Shown here: in pieces, positions 36,701-45,016 of the stretch
Numbering within the stretch: the first letter of the stretch is position 1
How the letters are laid out: each line of letters opens with the position of its first letter
Origin: a virus
IMG/VR virus record: IMGVR_UViG_3300001589_000007
Location: 6,291 to 70,290 of that record
Length of the DNA: 64,000 nucleotides
Strand: one strand, 5' to 3'
The notes under the pieces: generated by a model
The model's database searches: none
Told to the model about the DNA's origin: nothing
The model's input: the letters and a program-made list of their open reading frames with translations, nothing else
Position numbers and translations under genes: made by a program

Positions 36701-38178
36701 CTGTGCGTTACGAAATTACTAATGAAGGTGCATTAGGTAGATTAAAAAATGCATTAGGTACTGGTGATACCATACTTTATTTAGATGATGTAGATTTCTT
36801 TCCAAATGCTGGAACAGTATATATTGATAACGAACTCATAACTTATACTGGTAGAGATGAATCAACTAATACATTTACAGGTTGTAATAGAGCGGCATCA
36901 TTAACAAATTTTCAATCAGGCGCACTAAGAACTTATACAGCAGGCCCGGCGGCAATACATACAGCAAAAACTGGAGTAGTGTTGGTAAGTAACACTTGTA
37001 CTCCACTTATATCGCATTGGGGATCTGCATTTATTACAGATGGCGGATTTGACGATGATCGAGGTTACATCTTCTCATACGCTGAACAAGGTCTAACTAT
37101 TAGTACTACAAGACAAACAGCATTTTTGATTAGACTAGCACCAAGTGTATCAAACGCTATTACAGGTGACTTAGGTGATAGAGAACTATTAAATAGAGCT
37201 CAACTACTACTAACAGGACTTGAAATTACAAGTGAATCAAGTACTGGCGGTATTGTTGTTGAAGGTGTTCTTAATCCTCAAAACTATCCTACTAACCCGT
37301 CATTGGTTGGTTGGTCAGGATTATCAGGACTTGCACAAGGTGGACAACCTAGTTTTGCTCAAATTGCTTCAGGCGCTGGTATTACATGGTCAACTGGTGC
37401 GGCGGCGACAACAACGACACTTACTGCACAAGGTACCATAACAGCTCAGCTAGATAGTGGAATATATAATACAAATAATAATTCAAGTTATGTATTTGTT
37501 AGTGGTATTGATTATAGAACTACATTTGGTTCAAATGATATTGAATTTGTTGTTGGACGTACTATAACTGGTGCAAATATTAGTAGTAATACAACCATTA
37601 ACGACGGATATATTGACAGTAGTGGTAATTATGGGTATTTTAGATTGAGTCGAAGAACAAGTGGTAGTATTGGTACAAACCAATCAAACTACTTTTCGCT
37701 AACTGAAGGTGGCGATCAAGTTAATACAAACTTTGCATTAGTAACACAAGCAAGTTGGGAAGCATCGGGCGGTACAAACGGAACAAATGTTGATCCAGGA
37801 ACATCAAGTCCAAACTTTCCATCAGGTACACTAATTAACAACGTTGAACAAAAGAATTTTGCTGGTACAACATATTATCGACTTACATTTAATAACGCAA
37901 TGGACGGAACACTAACAGCAGGTAGCGGTACAATTACGCTACAGTTTATTCAACCACCGTTTGCTCAACCAGGTGAAACAGTACTATCGTTTATTGCTAC
38001 ACCAAATGAGAGAGCGTCACTAGACTTATCACAGTTGAAAGAACTTACAAATACTACATTAGGCGGTAGAGGAACATTTCCAAATGGTCCAGATGTTTTA
38101 GCAATTAACGTTTATAAAACAACTGGCTCAGATGTAGTAGCTAATTTGATTCTACGTTGGTCTGAAGCTCAAGCCTAA
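30739..38178 (+). CDS. Very large virion structural protein (2479 aa)
   Basis: N-terminal KCQRDxGY helical repeats; about 8 central LGG.TP.ND beta repeats; HG(F/L)..G modules; C-terminal RYQSGKG..YSWYGAG region. Confidence 0.78.
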   Translation: MAKKRIHNYIFKPGIGYTENLYPNAYSLLNSNRAFLLAESLAYIDQEIIDATKCQRDIGYIIDGVAFDVALQTNFSTLFLGRAERYSVDNSNTVIRTINRTKTSVAALTDVAADATSLSRSNAAFTEILDIIQNNSPNTLTLTNPTDATASRIAAKDKIIANKDFLRNEIIAWTNVTYPTYDATQSNGVSSGACDVKYAIEAAAYDILYGGNSGSYDVAKLFPNSAASTVSLSGTHQTHVVAGYGRLKTIIAQVVLGTTVSVTAGNSTVQVTSGTNADSSDGTVVTSLIDIFNDVLQTGASTLAGLTRTVPAITWASTGIQTAKAAIDTNKATIVAAVTFPTTYSYNQTKCQRDLGYMLDAYKYDLRYGGNSKTYKYAKKYWDGDVAQIDGNRVPEIDTHAHIADLINNYIFPQVTWTKLGSVDQVTDATIAYEGSATTTRITELSNLLIDTITTGLSALPTFVDTGAGYIKFIGNYNSSDILLITNTSDNEVIYSFNEPLKGGLTEISQGTVGDPIGQQFYADPDFAKYLQVTDAVTTIQLNFNTASGLSTDELQIFVDTDELVVRPYEFGTDAIERMRVAPPLSMLDADFEYGLQPTKWSAIATMRGYPSVYEIPGTETDVSLVRTDSSAGTGGVGASLIVVTTVGAHGFEEGDAITLKGLNQGVIGTARAEGAFIITEVPSPTTFTYYAKAKVGSGGTIDIQVESTQLRKAGFYTGASIGESPGVVVQSNGSSGTISPALVVPTGEDIIPFTVVTGAAPEIGSPLTGTGIPTGAQVTGKVGPGGVIVTPVMTADTTQGSTSIEVQSVTGVAINQAADRGDGQAMIVNSVAGTTINFNDALTAEFKGNLVTYTDVNGVNDTSNGNGLILNVSRASGSYTVDSIVISGESYEVGDQLVILGDVVGGTSPANDMSIVVNSIDTAGEVLSLTVSGTAFAGNGTFNSVTATYLHNNGDGGIWNVTYDGGVYSGTLVEPSYSNQTGTTSGGAGTGAIWNVTSTNNTYGITIDPNEVGVTGYSQYDLIKIPGNTLGGATPDNDAQITITSINSVGFPTNFTVAGNGANAQNNYIGVTYSTNGSGVGATLNINAVGSTYTAAFSVTGSGFSVGNTVTVLGTQLGGTTPANDCTITLDTVDTGGEILTFTVTGTAYNVATYNNVSNGTNLIGSGASFDVAKNGTSYTVSLNASGADYAPNQTITLPGINFGGATPNNDLVLTITDVDNDSTLTAGPLLTFNAVGTATRGTNGYVVNDVLKISGGQFTNGQNVTNDMIILVTGVGGAGNITSSSYSGTAPNATATYNAVAPSGGTGSSLTLDVTRTGAVYSLVLNDVGSGYVAAETLTIVGASLGGSTPANNATVTIDGVDGSGAVTSASISGAAANAGSANGLASEQNPGSGATFNVGLSGGSYTVTIASAGSQYVANQKFKVLGENLSGITPTNDAEVTISSVDATGAITGASITGSGSTDVASFVNVVVSNASLTGNGADFNILRDGTSADSSVGIYTVTGSNQGSGYDVGNRIIIGGGSVGGTPQTNDITISVASIDSAGAIVTFTYIGDAFAGTDLQLYSTTTIDSAVTAPLSTSQNITFEALATLRITFTTPHGLVPGDTFITTVSSDSGSNNHNLAAGSFLAIAVPTKFTLDYTARSVGAIVTSGTDIISAIVYPRPDSFFIHRPYDGGVQLGTGGPQHGAQAIRQSKKYIRYQSGKGIMYTTGALFAPSYDLRGATANGVETGSTITVVTDDNDHGLQIGAIIKLIGIDTPGYNGTYTVNDVTDERTFEVTAGLRLGATTATLSFNAQVSTSKWHGATVRSGIFDDQNGIYWEYDGTNLLVCQRTSTKQVAGTATISPDTNVLTGTNTRFQDQLKAGDRIVIRGMTHVVAHVNSQTEVNVTPDYRGVNTAVGCKVCLVSDKKVRQSDFNLDRFDGTGPSGYNIDVAKMQMIGIEYSWYGAGFIEFMVRGADGNFIYAHRMRNSNINTEAFMRTGNLPVRYEITNEGALGRLKNALGTGDTILYLDDVDFFPNAGTVYIDNELITYTGRDESTNTFTGCNRAASLTNFQSGALRTYTAGPAAIHTAKTGVVLVSNTCTPLISHWGSAFITDGGFDDDRGYIFSYAEQGLTISTTRQTAFLIRLAPSVSNAITGDLGDRELLNRAQLLLTGLEITSESSTGGIVVEGVLNPQNYPTNPSLVGWSGLSGLAQGGQPSFAQIASGAGITWSTGAAATTTTLTAQGTITAQLDSGIYNTNNNSSYVFVSGIDYRTTFGSNDIEFVVGRTITGANISSNTTINDGYIDSSGNYGYFRLSRRTSGSIGTNQSNYFSLTEGGDQVNTNFALVTQASWEASGGTNGTNVDPGTSSPNFPSGTLINNVEQKNFAGTTYYRLTFNNAMDGTLTAGSGTITLQFIQPPFAQPGETVLSFIATPNERASLDLSQLKELTNTTLGGRGTFPNGPDVLAINVYKTTGSDVVANLILRWSEAQA

Positions 38179-38729
38179 GCGTGTATATTATAGTTTACAA
38201 TACACCTAGGTACGTCAGTTGGATAACCGCCTGCATGTAAATGACTGCCGTCAAACAATACAACCCGGCCTTTTTTAGGAGATACTCGTTGTTTCTCTAC
38301 TAGCTTAAAATTATTTTCTATTGTTTTATCTTCAAAGAATACAGTATCTCCGTCTGAATCATTTACGTAATATATTAATGCTAAATGAGGTAAGGGTAAA
38401 TCTGTATGCGGTCTGTAGTGAGGAAGTTTAGTCTTATGTGGAACTGTAATAAACAGTCTTGCTTGTATTATGTCAATTAGATTCATTTCTAGTTTTTCAA
38501 ATACAATTTGAGGAACTTTGCTAAAATTTCCAAAGTGATCAGTGTTAGTAGTACTACTTTTAAATACATGTTGGAAGCTAACCGGTAATGGATTTTCACC
38601 ATCAAACGCTGTAGGTTCTACTTTACAAGTTAAAGGAAGCATAGCATTAATATCTGTGCTTCCAAAAACTTGCATATGTAGATAATCTTGTATTTCAATT
38701 GGGATTAGATCATCACGTACTATAATCAT
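38175..38729 (-). CDS. 2OG-Fe(II) oxygenase-like protein
   Basis: PHTD, IYYVNDSDGDT, FDGSHLHAG, RCIVNYN. Confidence 0.75.
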   Translation of the reverse strand: MIIVRDDLIPIEIQDYLHMQVFGSTDINAMLPLTCKVEPTAFDGENPLPVSFQHVFKSSTTNTDHFGNFSKVPQIVFEKLEMNLIDIIQARLFITVPHKTKLPHYRPHTDLPLPHLALIYYVNDSDGDTVFFEDKTIENNFKLVEKQRVSPKKGRVVLFDGSHLHAGGYPTDVPRCIVNYNIHA

Positions 38730-39373
38730 TAGTATGCAGTTTCTAAATAATCTACAAATGCCGACAAATTATCAAACGCTAACATTGCTTTTGCAATCTT
38801 TTTATACGCATGTCGACTATTAATTAATTCTTCAGTTTCAACACCATGACCTGTACGTATTAACACAGGCCTTGCACCAACTTTCATAGCGGCTTTTAAG
38901 TCTCTTAGTCTGTCACCTGCATAATATCCTTGTTTAAATTTTACATGAGGAATTTCTTTTTCTGCACGTTTGAACATTCCTGCGTTTGGCTTTGCATACA
39001 TATCAGTTTTATGACTACATGCACTATAGTATAACCCGTCAATACTGGGGCATCCTGCTTCGCCTAACGCTTTAAACATATGCTCGTGTACTTTATCAAC
39101 ATCTTGTTCGGTATATATACCTTTATGAATACCACCTTGGTTTGTAATTATAACAATTTTATGTCCAAGTTTGCGTAATTTTACAATGGCTTCTAAACTA
39201 CCCTTTTCAAATTCCCAATCTTCTACTTTATAAACATAATCGCCTATATCTACGTTAATAACTCCGTCTCTATCTAAGCCAACAACACATTTTGGTGCTA
39301 TATATCCAGGCTTATAAAAGTCAATATCAACATCATTACTCCATACTATTTTTGGTTCAACCATCTTTAACAT
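38729..39373 (-). CDS. gmhB: D,D-heptose 1,7-bisphosphate phosphatase (HAD family)
   Basis: LDRDGVIN, ITNQGGI, KPNAGMF, GDRLRD motifs; operon context. Confidence 0.82.
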   Translation of the reverse strand: MLKMVEPKIVWSNDVDIDFYKPGYIAPKCVVGLDRDGVINVDIGDYVYKVEDWEFEKGSLEAIVKLRKLGHKIVIITNQGGIHKGIYTEQDVDKVHEHMFKALGEAGCPSIDGLYYSACSHKTDMYAKPNAGMFKRAEKEIPHVKFKQGYYAGDRLRDLKAAMKVGARPVLIRTGHGVETEELINSRHAYKKIAKAMLAFDNLSAFVDYLETAY

Positions 39374-39773
39374 TCCCTGTTATTTCTTCAAGCATTCCAG
39401 CTTGGCTATCACCAGGAATAATCCTGTAATTATCTTCAACACTATCAGCAGTGCTTACTTCAGTTATACTACTACCATCTTCTAATGCTTCTAACTGATG
39501 TGGACGCAAAGGCGGATTGTGCCATGTCATGCCTTGTGTAAGAGTGTGTGTAAATAATGTAGCAGTAGTTGTATCTAACCATCTAACAACAAAACTACCT
39601 TCGTTTACAAACCATGTCTCGTCTTTTTCTTTATGAAAATGCATACTAAATTTATTTCCTTTTTTCTCAAAGAACATAATTTTTCCGCAGTACTTGTCAG
39701 TAGTTGCCCAAATAATTTCATATCCCCAGCCTTTGTCTACTTTACCTTCAAGTCTTGTAGGTGTCTCATTCAT
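39357..39773 (-). CDS. Cupin protein (sugar isomerase-like)
   Basis: KGWGYE, SMHFHKEKDETW and HQL cupin metal-binding motifs. Confidence 0.75.
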   Translation of the reverse strand: MNETPTRLEGKVDKGWGYEIIWATTDKYCGKIMFFEKKGNKFSMHFHKEKDETWFVNEGSFVVRWLDTTTATLFTHTLTQGMTWHNPPLRPHQLEALEDGSSITEVSTADSVEDNYRIIPGDSQAGMLEEITGNVKDG

Positions 39774-40597
39774 TAAAGATTCTCCTCAATCCATTCAAAT
39801 GGTGTGGTAAATTTAAATTTACCGATTGTGTTTAATAATTTATCATTGTTACTTTTTGTGAAACTCTGGTATTGACTTTTTACACTATCTGGAATAGGTA
39901 TTTCTTTTACGACAGCATTATGTTTATTAGCAATACATTTAGCAATATTGCCAAAGCTAGTTGCTTCACCTGTACCTACATTCCATATACCACTTTCATC
40001 TATATCTACAAATTTTGAAATAATTCTACAAACATCATCAACACATATAAAATCTCTACATATAGTATCACTACCTTCAAAAGGAAGTACAGATCCTTTA
40101 ATTGCTTGATCTGTAAATTTATGAAATACACTCATTTGAAACCCTTTATGATCTTCGTGGTTGCCATAAACATTAAAAAATCTTAATCCTTGTACATTGC
40201 ATTGATATTCACTCCAATCTAGCTTTTGTACAGTTCTATCAAATAAATATTTACTCCATGCATATGGTGACTGAGGTTGTAACGGACCGTCTTCTGTAAA
40301 ATGCGTAGTAGGACCATATACACTTGCACTTGATGCATAGATAAGGTCAACGCCTTGCATATCACACACATGTAATAATCTTTCACTAAAGTCAAGATTT
40401 TGTTTCATAACTTTTTCTACATCAGTTTCTGTGGTGCTACTAATAGCACCTAAATGTATAACTTTATCAAATTGACTGCAATCAGGAACTACATTTTCTA
40501 TCCATTCGTATTCAGCAATTCCGTGTCCTTCTTTCATAAGGTGTGCAGACAGATTTTTGCCAATAAAACCACTACTTCCAGTAATTAATATTTTCAT
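39773..40597 (-). CDS. hldD: ADP-L-glycero-D-manno-heptose 6-epimerase
   Basis: TGSSGFIG, HLGAISSTTE, YASSASVYG, YAWSK, LRFFNVYG. Confidence 0.85.
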   Translation of the reverse strand: MKILITGSSGFIGKNLSAHLMKEGHGIAEYEWIENVVPDCSQFDKVIHLGAISSTTETDVEKVMKQNLDFSERLLHVCDMQGVDLIYASSASVYGPTTHFTEDGPLQPQSPYAWSKYLFDRTVQKLDWSEYQCNVQGLRFFNVYGNHEDHKGFQMSVFHKFTDQAIKGSVLPFEGSDTICRDFICVDDVCRIISKFVDIDESGIWNVGTGEATSFGNIAKCIANKHNAVVKEIPIPDSVKSQYQSFTKSNNDKLLNTIGKFKFTTPFEWIEENL

Positions 40598-40599
40598 TA

Positions 40600-41424
40600 T
40601 TAAGAACTTGCTCCTTCGATTGCTATGATATTCTCTGTAATACGCTTGTTAAATTCTGATTCGTCTTGGTACGAATATATTCCTTCACTTAATGCTCTAC
40701 TAAAACTTGCACTCATATCTAAATTTTCACTAAGTTTTTTACATGCTAAACTTGTCTCATAACCTCCACTAAGCCCAACAAGTTTTTTAACACTTTTATG
40801 TTGCGATAAGTCGTGATACAAATTAGCTTCGTTAGGAATAGTTAGTTTTAAAATAACTTGTGGTAGAGTATTATCAAACCTTTTACTAATATTATTTGCA
40901 AACGAATCTAAATGAGGTTTGATACTTTCATTTAATAACATTTCAAAATGATGTTTATGTTCAATATCAATAGGAATTTCAGGCTCAATAATCGGAACTA
41001 AGTTTTGGTTAGCAATTTTCATAGCATACTTAAACTGCTGATCCACAATACTTTCAATCATGTCTTCAGTTTTTACAATACTACGCATTTTTGTACCAGT
41101 ACATCCATGCCAGGATGCGTATTCTGTCATGGAAAAAATATCAAATTCTTTTAATAAGCCATCCTCATCGCAACCACTATCAATTTTTAAATAGGATTCA
41201 ATTCCTTTATTCCTAAGTACTTCTACTGCTCCCTTATCAACAGAATCTTTGTAAAGTATTGCCGCCCAAATATTACTACTATTAAATGCAGGAGAGTTTA
41301 TCATTCTCAAACGCATTTCGTGTACTAACTCCATTTTATTTTCTTCTGTATATTCCTGTCCGTAGCGGTCTAAAACTCCGCCTGTTGATCCGCCGCTATG
41401 ATCCATTGCCGCTATAAATTTCAT
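40600..41424 (-). CDS. Fructose-bisphosphate aldolase class I (bacterial type)
   Basis: FIAAMDHSGGST, GTKMRS, VPIIEPE, ILKLT, LSGGY, ASFSRAL. Confidence 0.85.
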   Translation of the reverse strand: MKFIAAMDHSGGSTGGVLDRYGQEYTEENKMELVHEMRLRMINSPAFNSSNIWAAILYKDSVDKGAVEVLRNKGIESYLKIDSGCDEDGLLKEFDIFSMTEYASWHGCTGTKMRSIVKTEDMIESIVDQQFKYAMKIANQNLVPIIEPEIPIDIEHKHHFEMLLNESIKPHLDSFANNISKRFDNTLPQVILKLTIPNEANLYHDLSQHKSVKKLVGLSGGYETSLACKKLSENLDMSASFSRALSEGIYSYQDESEFNKRITENIIAIEGASS

Positions 41425-41978
41425 GTTAAGTCCTCCTCTAATATATAACTAAGATCTTTATCTGGATATGGAATGAAATTAAAATTAATTACACATCTAG
41501 TTTTTTGATCTGTGCATGTTGTTCCTGTATGTTTCCACCTTGCTGGAAAAACTATTAGTCTATTTGCTTTACTCTTGACTGATTTTATTTCTTTATTTTC
41601 GAATCTAGTTTCACCATTGTTTGTATTTAAGTAATAGATAGCAGTTAATGCTCCAGGAACAACAGTATCAGCATGATGTCCGTGTTCTACTATTTTATCT
41701 GCTTTTGGTATTAGATTTGCTTTTATTCTAATAAGCTGTAGAGGCTGTAAAATTTCAAAAAATCTCCACATTAGATTAAATGTTTCTTGATTTGTAGTTG
41801 GTCCCATACTTTCATGAATGTTATGTACAAACTGTATTTGATAGTCTTCGCTACCTTTTGCTTTATCATCCTCATCTACAACATCAGTTTTATAAAACCA
41901 CGGGAATAACTCTCCGTACATAATATCTTTTAGCTCAGTAAATTGCTGAGTAGACAATGCGTTATCTATTACTTTCAT
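41421..41978 (-). CDS. 2OG-Fe(II) oxygenase-like protein
   Basis: HAD, IYYLNTNNGET, NRLIVF..HTG, RCVINFN. Confidence 0.75.
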   Translation of the reverse strand: MKVIDNALSTQQFTELKDIMYGELFPWFYKTDVVDEDDKAKGSEDYQIQFVHNIHESMGPTTNQETFNLMWRFFEILQPLQLIRIKANLIPKADKIVEHGHHADTVVPGALTAIYYLNTNNGETRFENKEIKSVKSKANRLIVFPARWKHTGTTCTDQKTRCVINFNFIPYPDKDLSYILEEDLT

Positions 41979-43104
41979 CTAATATCCTTGTTGTACTGTG
42001 ACCTTCTATTAAAGGAAAAATAACAACTTTAGCAAGATGATTACCTACTACAGTGTCAAATGTATAGTCGCCTCCTTTTACTATAATATCTGGCTCTAAT
42101 CTGGTAATTGCTTCTAACGGTGTATCTTCTTCAAATATAATAACGTCATCTACAAAACCAAGCTCTAAGAGGCTTTCCTTGCGGGTGTCTTCTTCGTTTA
42201 TGGGTCTTAAATCGCCTTTTAATCTCTTAACACTAGAATCGCTATTAATACCCACTATAAGTCTATTTCCAAGTGTTTTAGCATAGTTTAGTAGTTTTAA
42301 ATGCCCAACATGTAGTATGTCAAATACACCATTAGTAAACACAATAGTATCTTCTACATCCTCTTGTTTAAGTATATATGTACCTGCATGTTTTACACTT
42401 TCTGTTGACCCTTTAACAGCAATCTCTAAACATTTCTTATGTGTATAATCTTTTGTAAGGCCATAAACAAATGCGGCCATAAAACAATCACCAGCACCTG
42501 TAACATCAGATACTTCAACAGTTTCAACAGGGACTTCATATACTTCGTTGTCTATTGTAGCAATTACACTATGTCCTGCATCAGTAGTAATAATATTACC
42601 TTGCCATTGATCGAATTCAAACTTAGTATATTCACTATTATTGGGCTTTACTAACCAAGCACCTTCATATTCGTGTGCATAGCGTTTAGGATCTACAATA
42701 ACTTTAGATCCCTGACTATTAATATGTGCAATAATTTCTTTAGAATTATCTAACACACCTTTGTCATAGTCACTTAGGATAACATAGTCCCATTGTGAAA
42801 AATCACTACATAGTACATTCTTAAGTACAGCATTTGAATCTGCATGCTCGTCTTCATCTAGGCGTGTAATATAGTGTCCATCAGATATGATTCTAGTTTT
42901 AATACTACGTGGTTGTTCGGTTTGTAATAGTGTTACATCTACACCTAAGTTTTTAAGATTTTCATATACAAGTCCTGCTCCACCTAAAGACGTAGAAATT
43001 TTTTCAACATTAACAATAGGTACGGGAGCTTCTGGGCTAATTCGTGAACTAGTCCCGTAAATATATTTGTCAACTATTACGTCACCGAAAACTAAAACTT
43101 TCAT
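41962..43104 (-). CDS. hldE: Bifunctional heptose-7-phosphate kinase / heptose-1-phosphate adenylyltransferase
   Basis: RISPEAPVP, LSDYDKG and DVTGAGD (PfkB kinase) fused to FTNGVFDILHVGH..KGGDY (nucleotidyltransferase). Confidence 0.9.
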   Translation of the reverse strand: MKVLVFGDVIVDKYIYGTSSRISPEAPVPIVNVEKISTSLGGAGLVYENLKNLGVDVTLLQTEQPRSIKTRIISDGHYITRLDEDEHADSNAVLKNVLCSDFSQWDYVILSDYDKGVLDNSKEIIAHINSQGSKVIVDPKRYAHEYEGAWLVKPNNSEYTKFEFDQWQGNIITTDAGHSVIATIDNEVYEVPVETVEVSDVTGAGDCFMAAFVYGLTKDYTHKKCLEIAVKGSTESVKHAGTYILKQEDVEDTIVFTNGVFDILHVGHLKLLNYAKTLGNRLIVGINSDSSVKRLKGDLRPINEEDTRKESLLELGFVDDVIIFEEDTPLEAITRLEPDIIVKGGDYTFDTVVGNHLAKVVIFPLIEGHSTTRILDESNR

Positions 43105-43109
43105 ACTTT

Positions 43110-43138
43110 ATTATACCTGATTATCTAGGTTTTGTCAA
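43110..43138 (-). promoter_or_regulatory. Consensus sigma70 promoter for the heptose operon
   Basis: TTGACA (43138-33), 17 nt, TATAAT (43115-10), 5 nt before the hldE ATG. Confidence 0.85.
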
Positions 43139-43565
43139 GTAAATCTATTACTTGGAACACAGTTTGTAATTTATTTAAACTAATTTTACTCTGGAGTGTA
43201 TTACGTAATCCATGATGTAATGGCTTTGGCCAATGTCCAAAACTTACCCATGCATAGCCGTCGTGTTCTTCGTTTAGGCAAGGAATAAACTCGTTATCTA
43301 TAACACACAAATATGTATGAAATAAAAATCTAGAGTCAGTAGATACAAATGTTTCTAGAGGCATTGTTTTAGTAATAGTTGGAATCTCACCAATTTCCTC
43401 AGTGATTTCCCGCTGTAACCCTTCCCAAGGAGTTTCTGCTCCTTCGTTAGTGCCACCTACTAATCCCCATAAGTTATTGTGTTTACCGTTACGTCGATGC
43501 AAAAAGAGAAACCTTTTTGTTTTTAGACTATAAAATAACGCACCACTACATACTATCTCTTTCAT
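43125..43565 (-). CDS. NUDIX hydrolase
   Basis: WGLVGGTNEGAETPWEGLQREITEEIG Nudix box. Confidence 0.85.
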   Translation of the reverse strand: MKEIVCSGALFYSLKTKRFLFLHRRNGKHNNLWGLVGGTNEGAETPWEGLQREITEEIGEIPTITKTMPLETFVSTDSRFLFHTYLCVIDNEFIPCLNEEHDGYAWVSFGHWPKPLHHGLRNTLQSKISLNKLQTVFQVIDLLDKT

Positions 43566-43573
43566 AAAAATAG

Positions 43574-45016
43574 TTATCCGTTAAGTGCTACTCTCCAAGT
43601 TCCTTGTGGATATAATCCCTCGACACTAAGTAGCCATTCTTCGCCATTCCAGCGATACTGTACACCTGTGTTTAGGTTAGTGATATATGTTATTGTTGTG
43701 TTATTAATGGTAGCTGATGCATCAAATATTACGCTCCATGAACTTCCGCTCCATTCAATAATATCATTCTCACTAGCAACTGTATCTGTATTATCTAAAT
43801 TTTTCCAAGCATCGGCTCCATCTGTATTACTAGCATCACCTATTGCTCCAAGTAATAATACCCGAGTTCCTTGTGTTTTAGTTGCAGGAAAAGTTTTAGT
43901 AGGATCAATAATAAAGTCAACTGAAGTTAATGAACTAAGTGCCCTATCTGAACTATCAATAATAGTATTAGCAGGAAAACTATCTATATCCCAATTAACA
44001 ACAATCTGTGTATCGTTTAGTTCATTAAGAGCAAATGTACCTGTTATTGCACTACTGGTATCTAGTTTAGTAAGGAACACTCGACTAATTCCTGCTTGAT
44101 ATTGTCCGGGGTGTGTATCAATTATATTTCGCCAACTTGTTTGTCCTATTTTACCCTTATCTGATAATTCAACAACTGTTCCATTAACAAATAAATCATA
44201 ACCTTGATAATTTGTTGTTACAATATGTGGTGTAGCAGAAGTTTCTACTGCTCTACTCTTATTTTTATCTAATGTACCTGGAACAGCAGAGTCATCAAAT
44301 GCATTTATAAGAGGAGTGGATAACCCTAATTCTACAGTTCCTTGCGATTCATCATATATGCTAGTAATAATATTTGCAATAACACCTAATCTTTTTACTT
44401 TAACAGGAGGTGATATGTATATAGGAGTTGTAAATGTAAGTGTTGCAACATCTATTTGATCATCAATACCTACCGGTATAGCACGTGAACTAAAATTTAC
44501 ATTATCTAATGTTACAACTGACAAACTAGTCCAATCAATATAATTATCTGTAGTTTGTAATTCTAAACTAGGATTAAATAACATTAGTATTTGTTCTAAT
44601 ATTTGTAATTTTTGATCAGTATTTGTAGACCAAATATCTAAATTAACAGTTAACATATAAGGCGTCGGCATTAGTCTTTCAACTGTATAATTTTTACCTT
44701 CAAAATTTAGATATTCTTTGCCAGTACTGTCATATGCTTTTTCTCTTACGTTAACTTTACTAACAAAACTTTGATCTGCTGTCCTGTCTCTATCTAATGC
44801 TAGTCCAGAAATATATAATGCCATTCGAGGAGCACTAGGTATTTTATTTTCACTATTACCTTTAATGATACTAGCAACTTGCCTAGTTAAATCTCCATAT
44901 AGCACTGGAATAACTGTCTCTACTCCCTTACCATCTTTATAAGAATAGCTACTAAACATCCTTACTAGCTGTGTAATATATCGTCTTACTTGTCCATCAT
45001 AAAAATGTTGACTCAT
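43574..45016 (-). CDS. T4 gp15-like tail sheath stabiliser/terminator with C-terminal extension
   Basis: HFYD.Q.RRY..Q, PRMA, PTPY....L.IW......LQILEQIL..FNP; adjacent to neck genes. Confidence 0.7.
   Translation of the reverse strand: MSQHFYDGQVRRYITQLVRMFSSYSYKDGKGVETVIPVLYGDLTRQVASIIKGNSENKIPSAPRMALYISGLALDRDRTADQSFVSKVNVREKAYDSTGKEYLNFEGKNYTVERLMPTPYMLTVNLDIWSTNTDQKLQILEQILMLFNPSLELQTTDNYIDWTSLSVVTLDNVNFSSRAIPVGIDDQIDVATLTFTTPIYISPPVKVKRLGVIANIITSIYDESQGTVELGLSTPLINAFDDSAVPGTLDKNKSRAVETSATPHIVTTNYQGYDLFVNGTVVELSDKGKIGQTSWRNIIDTHPGQYQAGISRVFLTKLDTSSAITGTFALNELNDTQIVVNWDIDSFPANTIIDSSDRALSSLTSVDFIIDPTKTFPATKTQGTRVLLLGAIGDASNTDGADAWKNLDNTDTVASENDIIEWSGSSWSVIFDASATINNTTITYITNLNTGVQYRWNGEEWLLSVEGLYPQGTWRVALNG

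Noticed and set aside
38175-43104. Host LPS locus, contamination or prophage boundary
   Set aside because: Flanked on both sides by phage structural genes with overlapping gene ends and no obvious compositional shift; no integrase or att site seen
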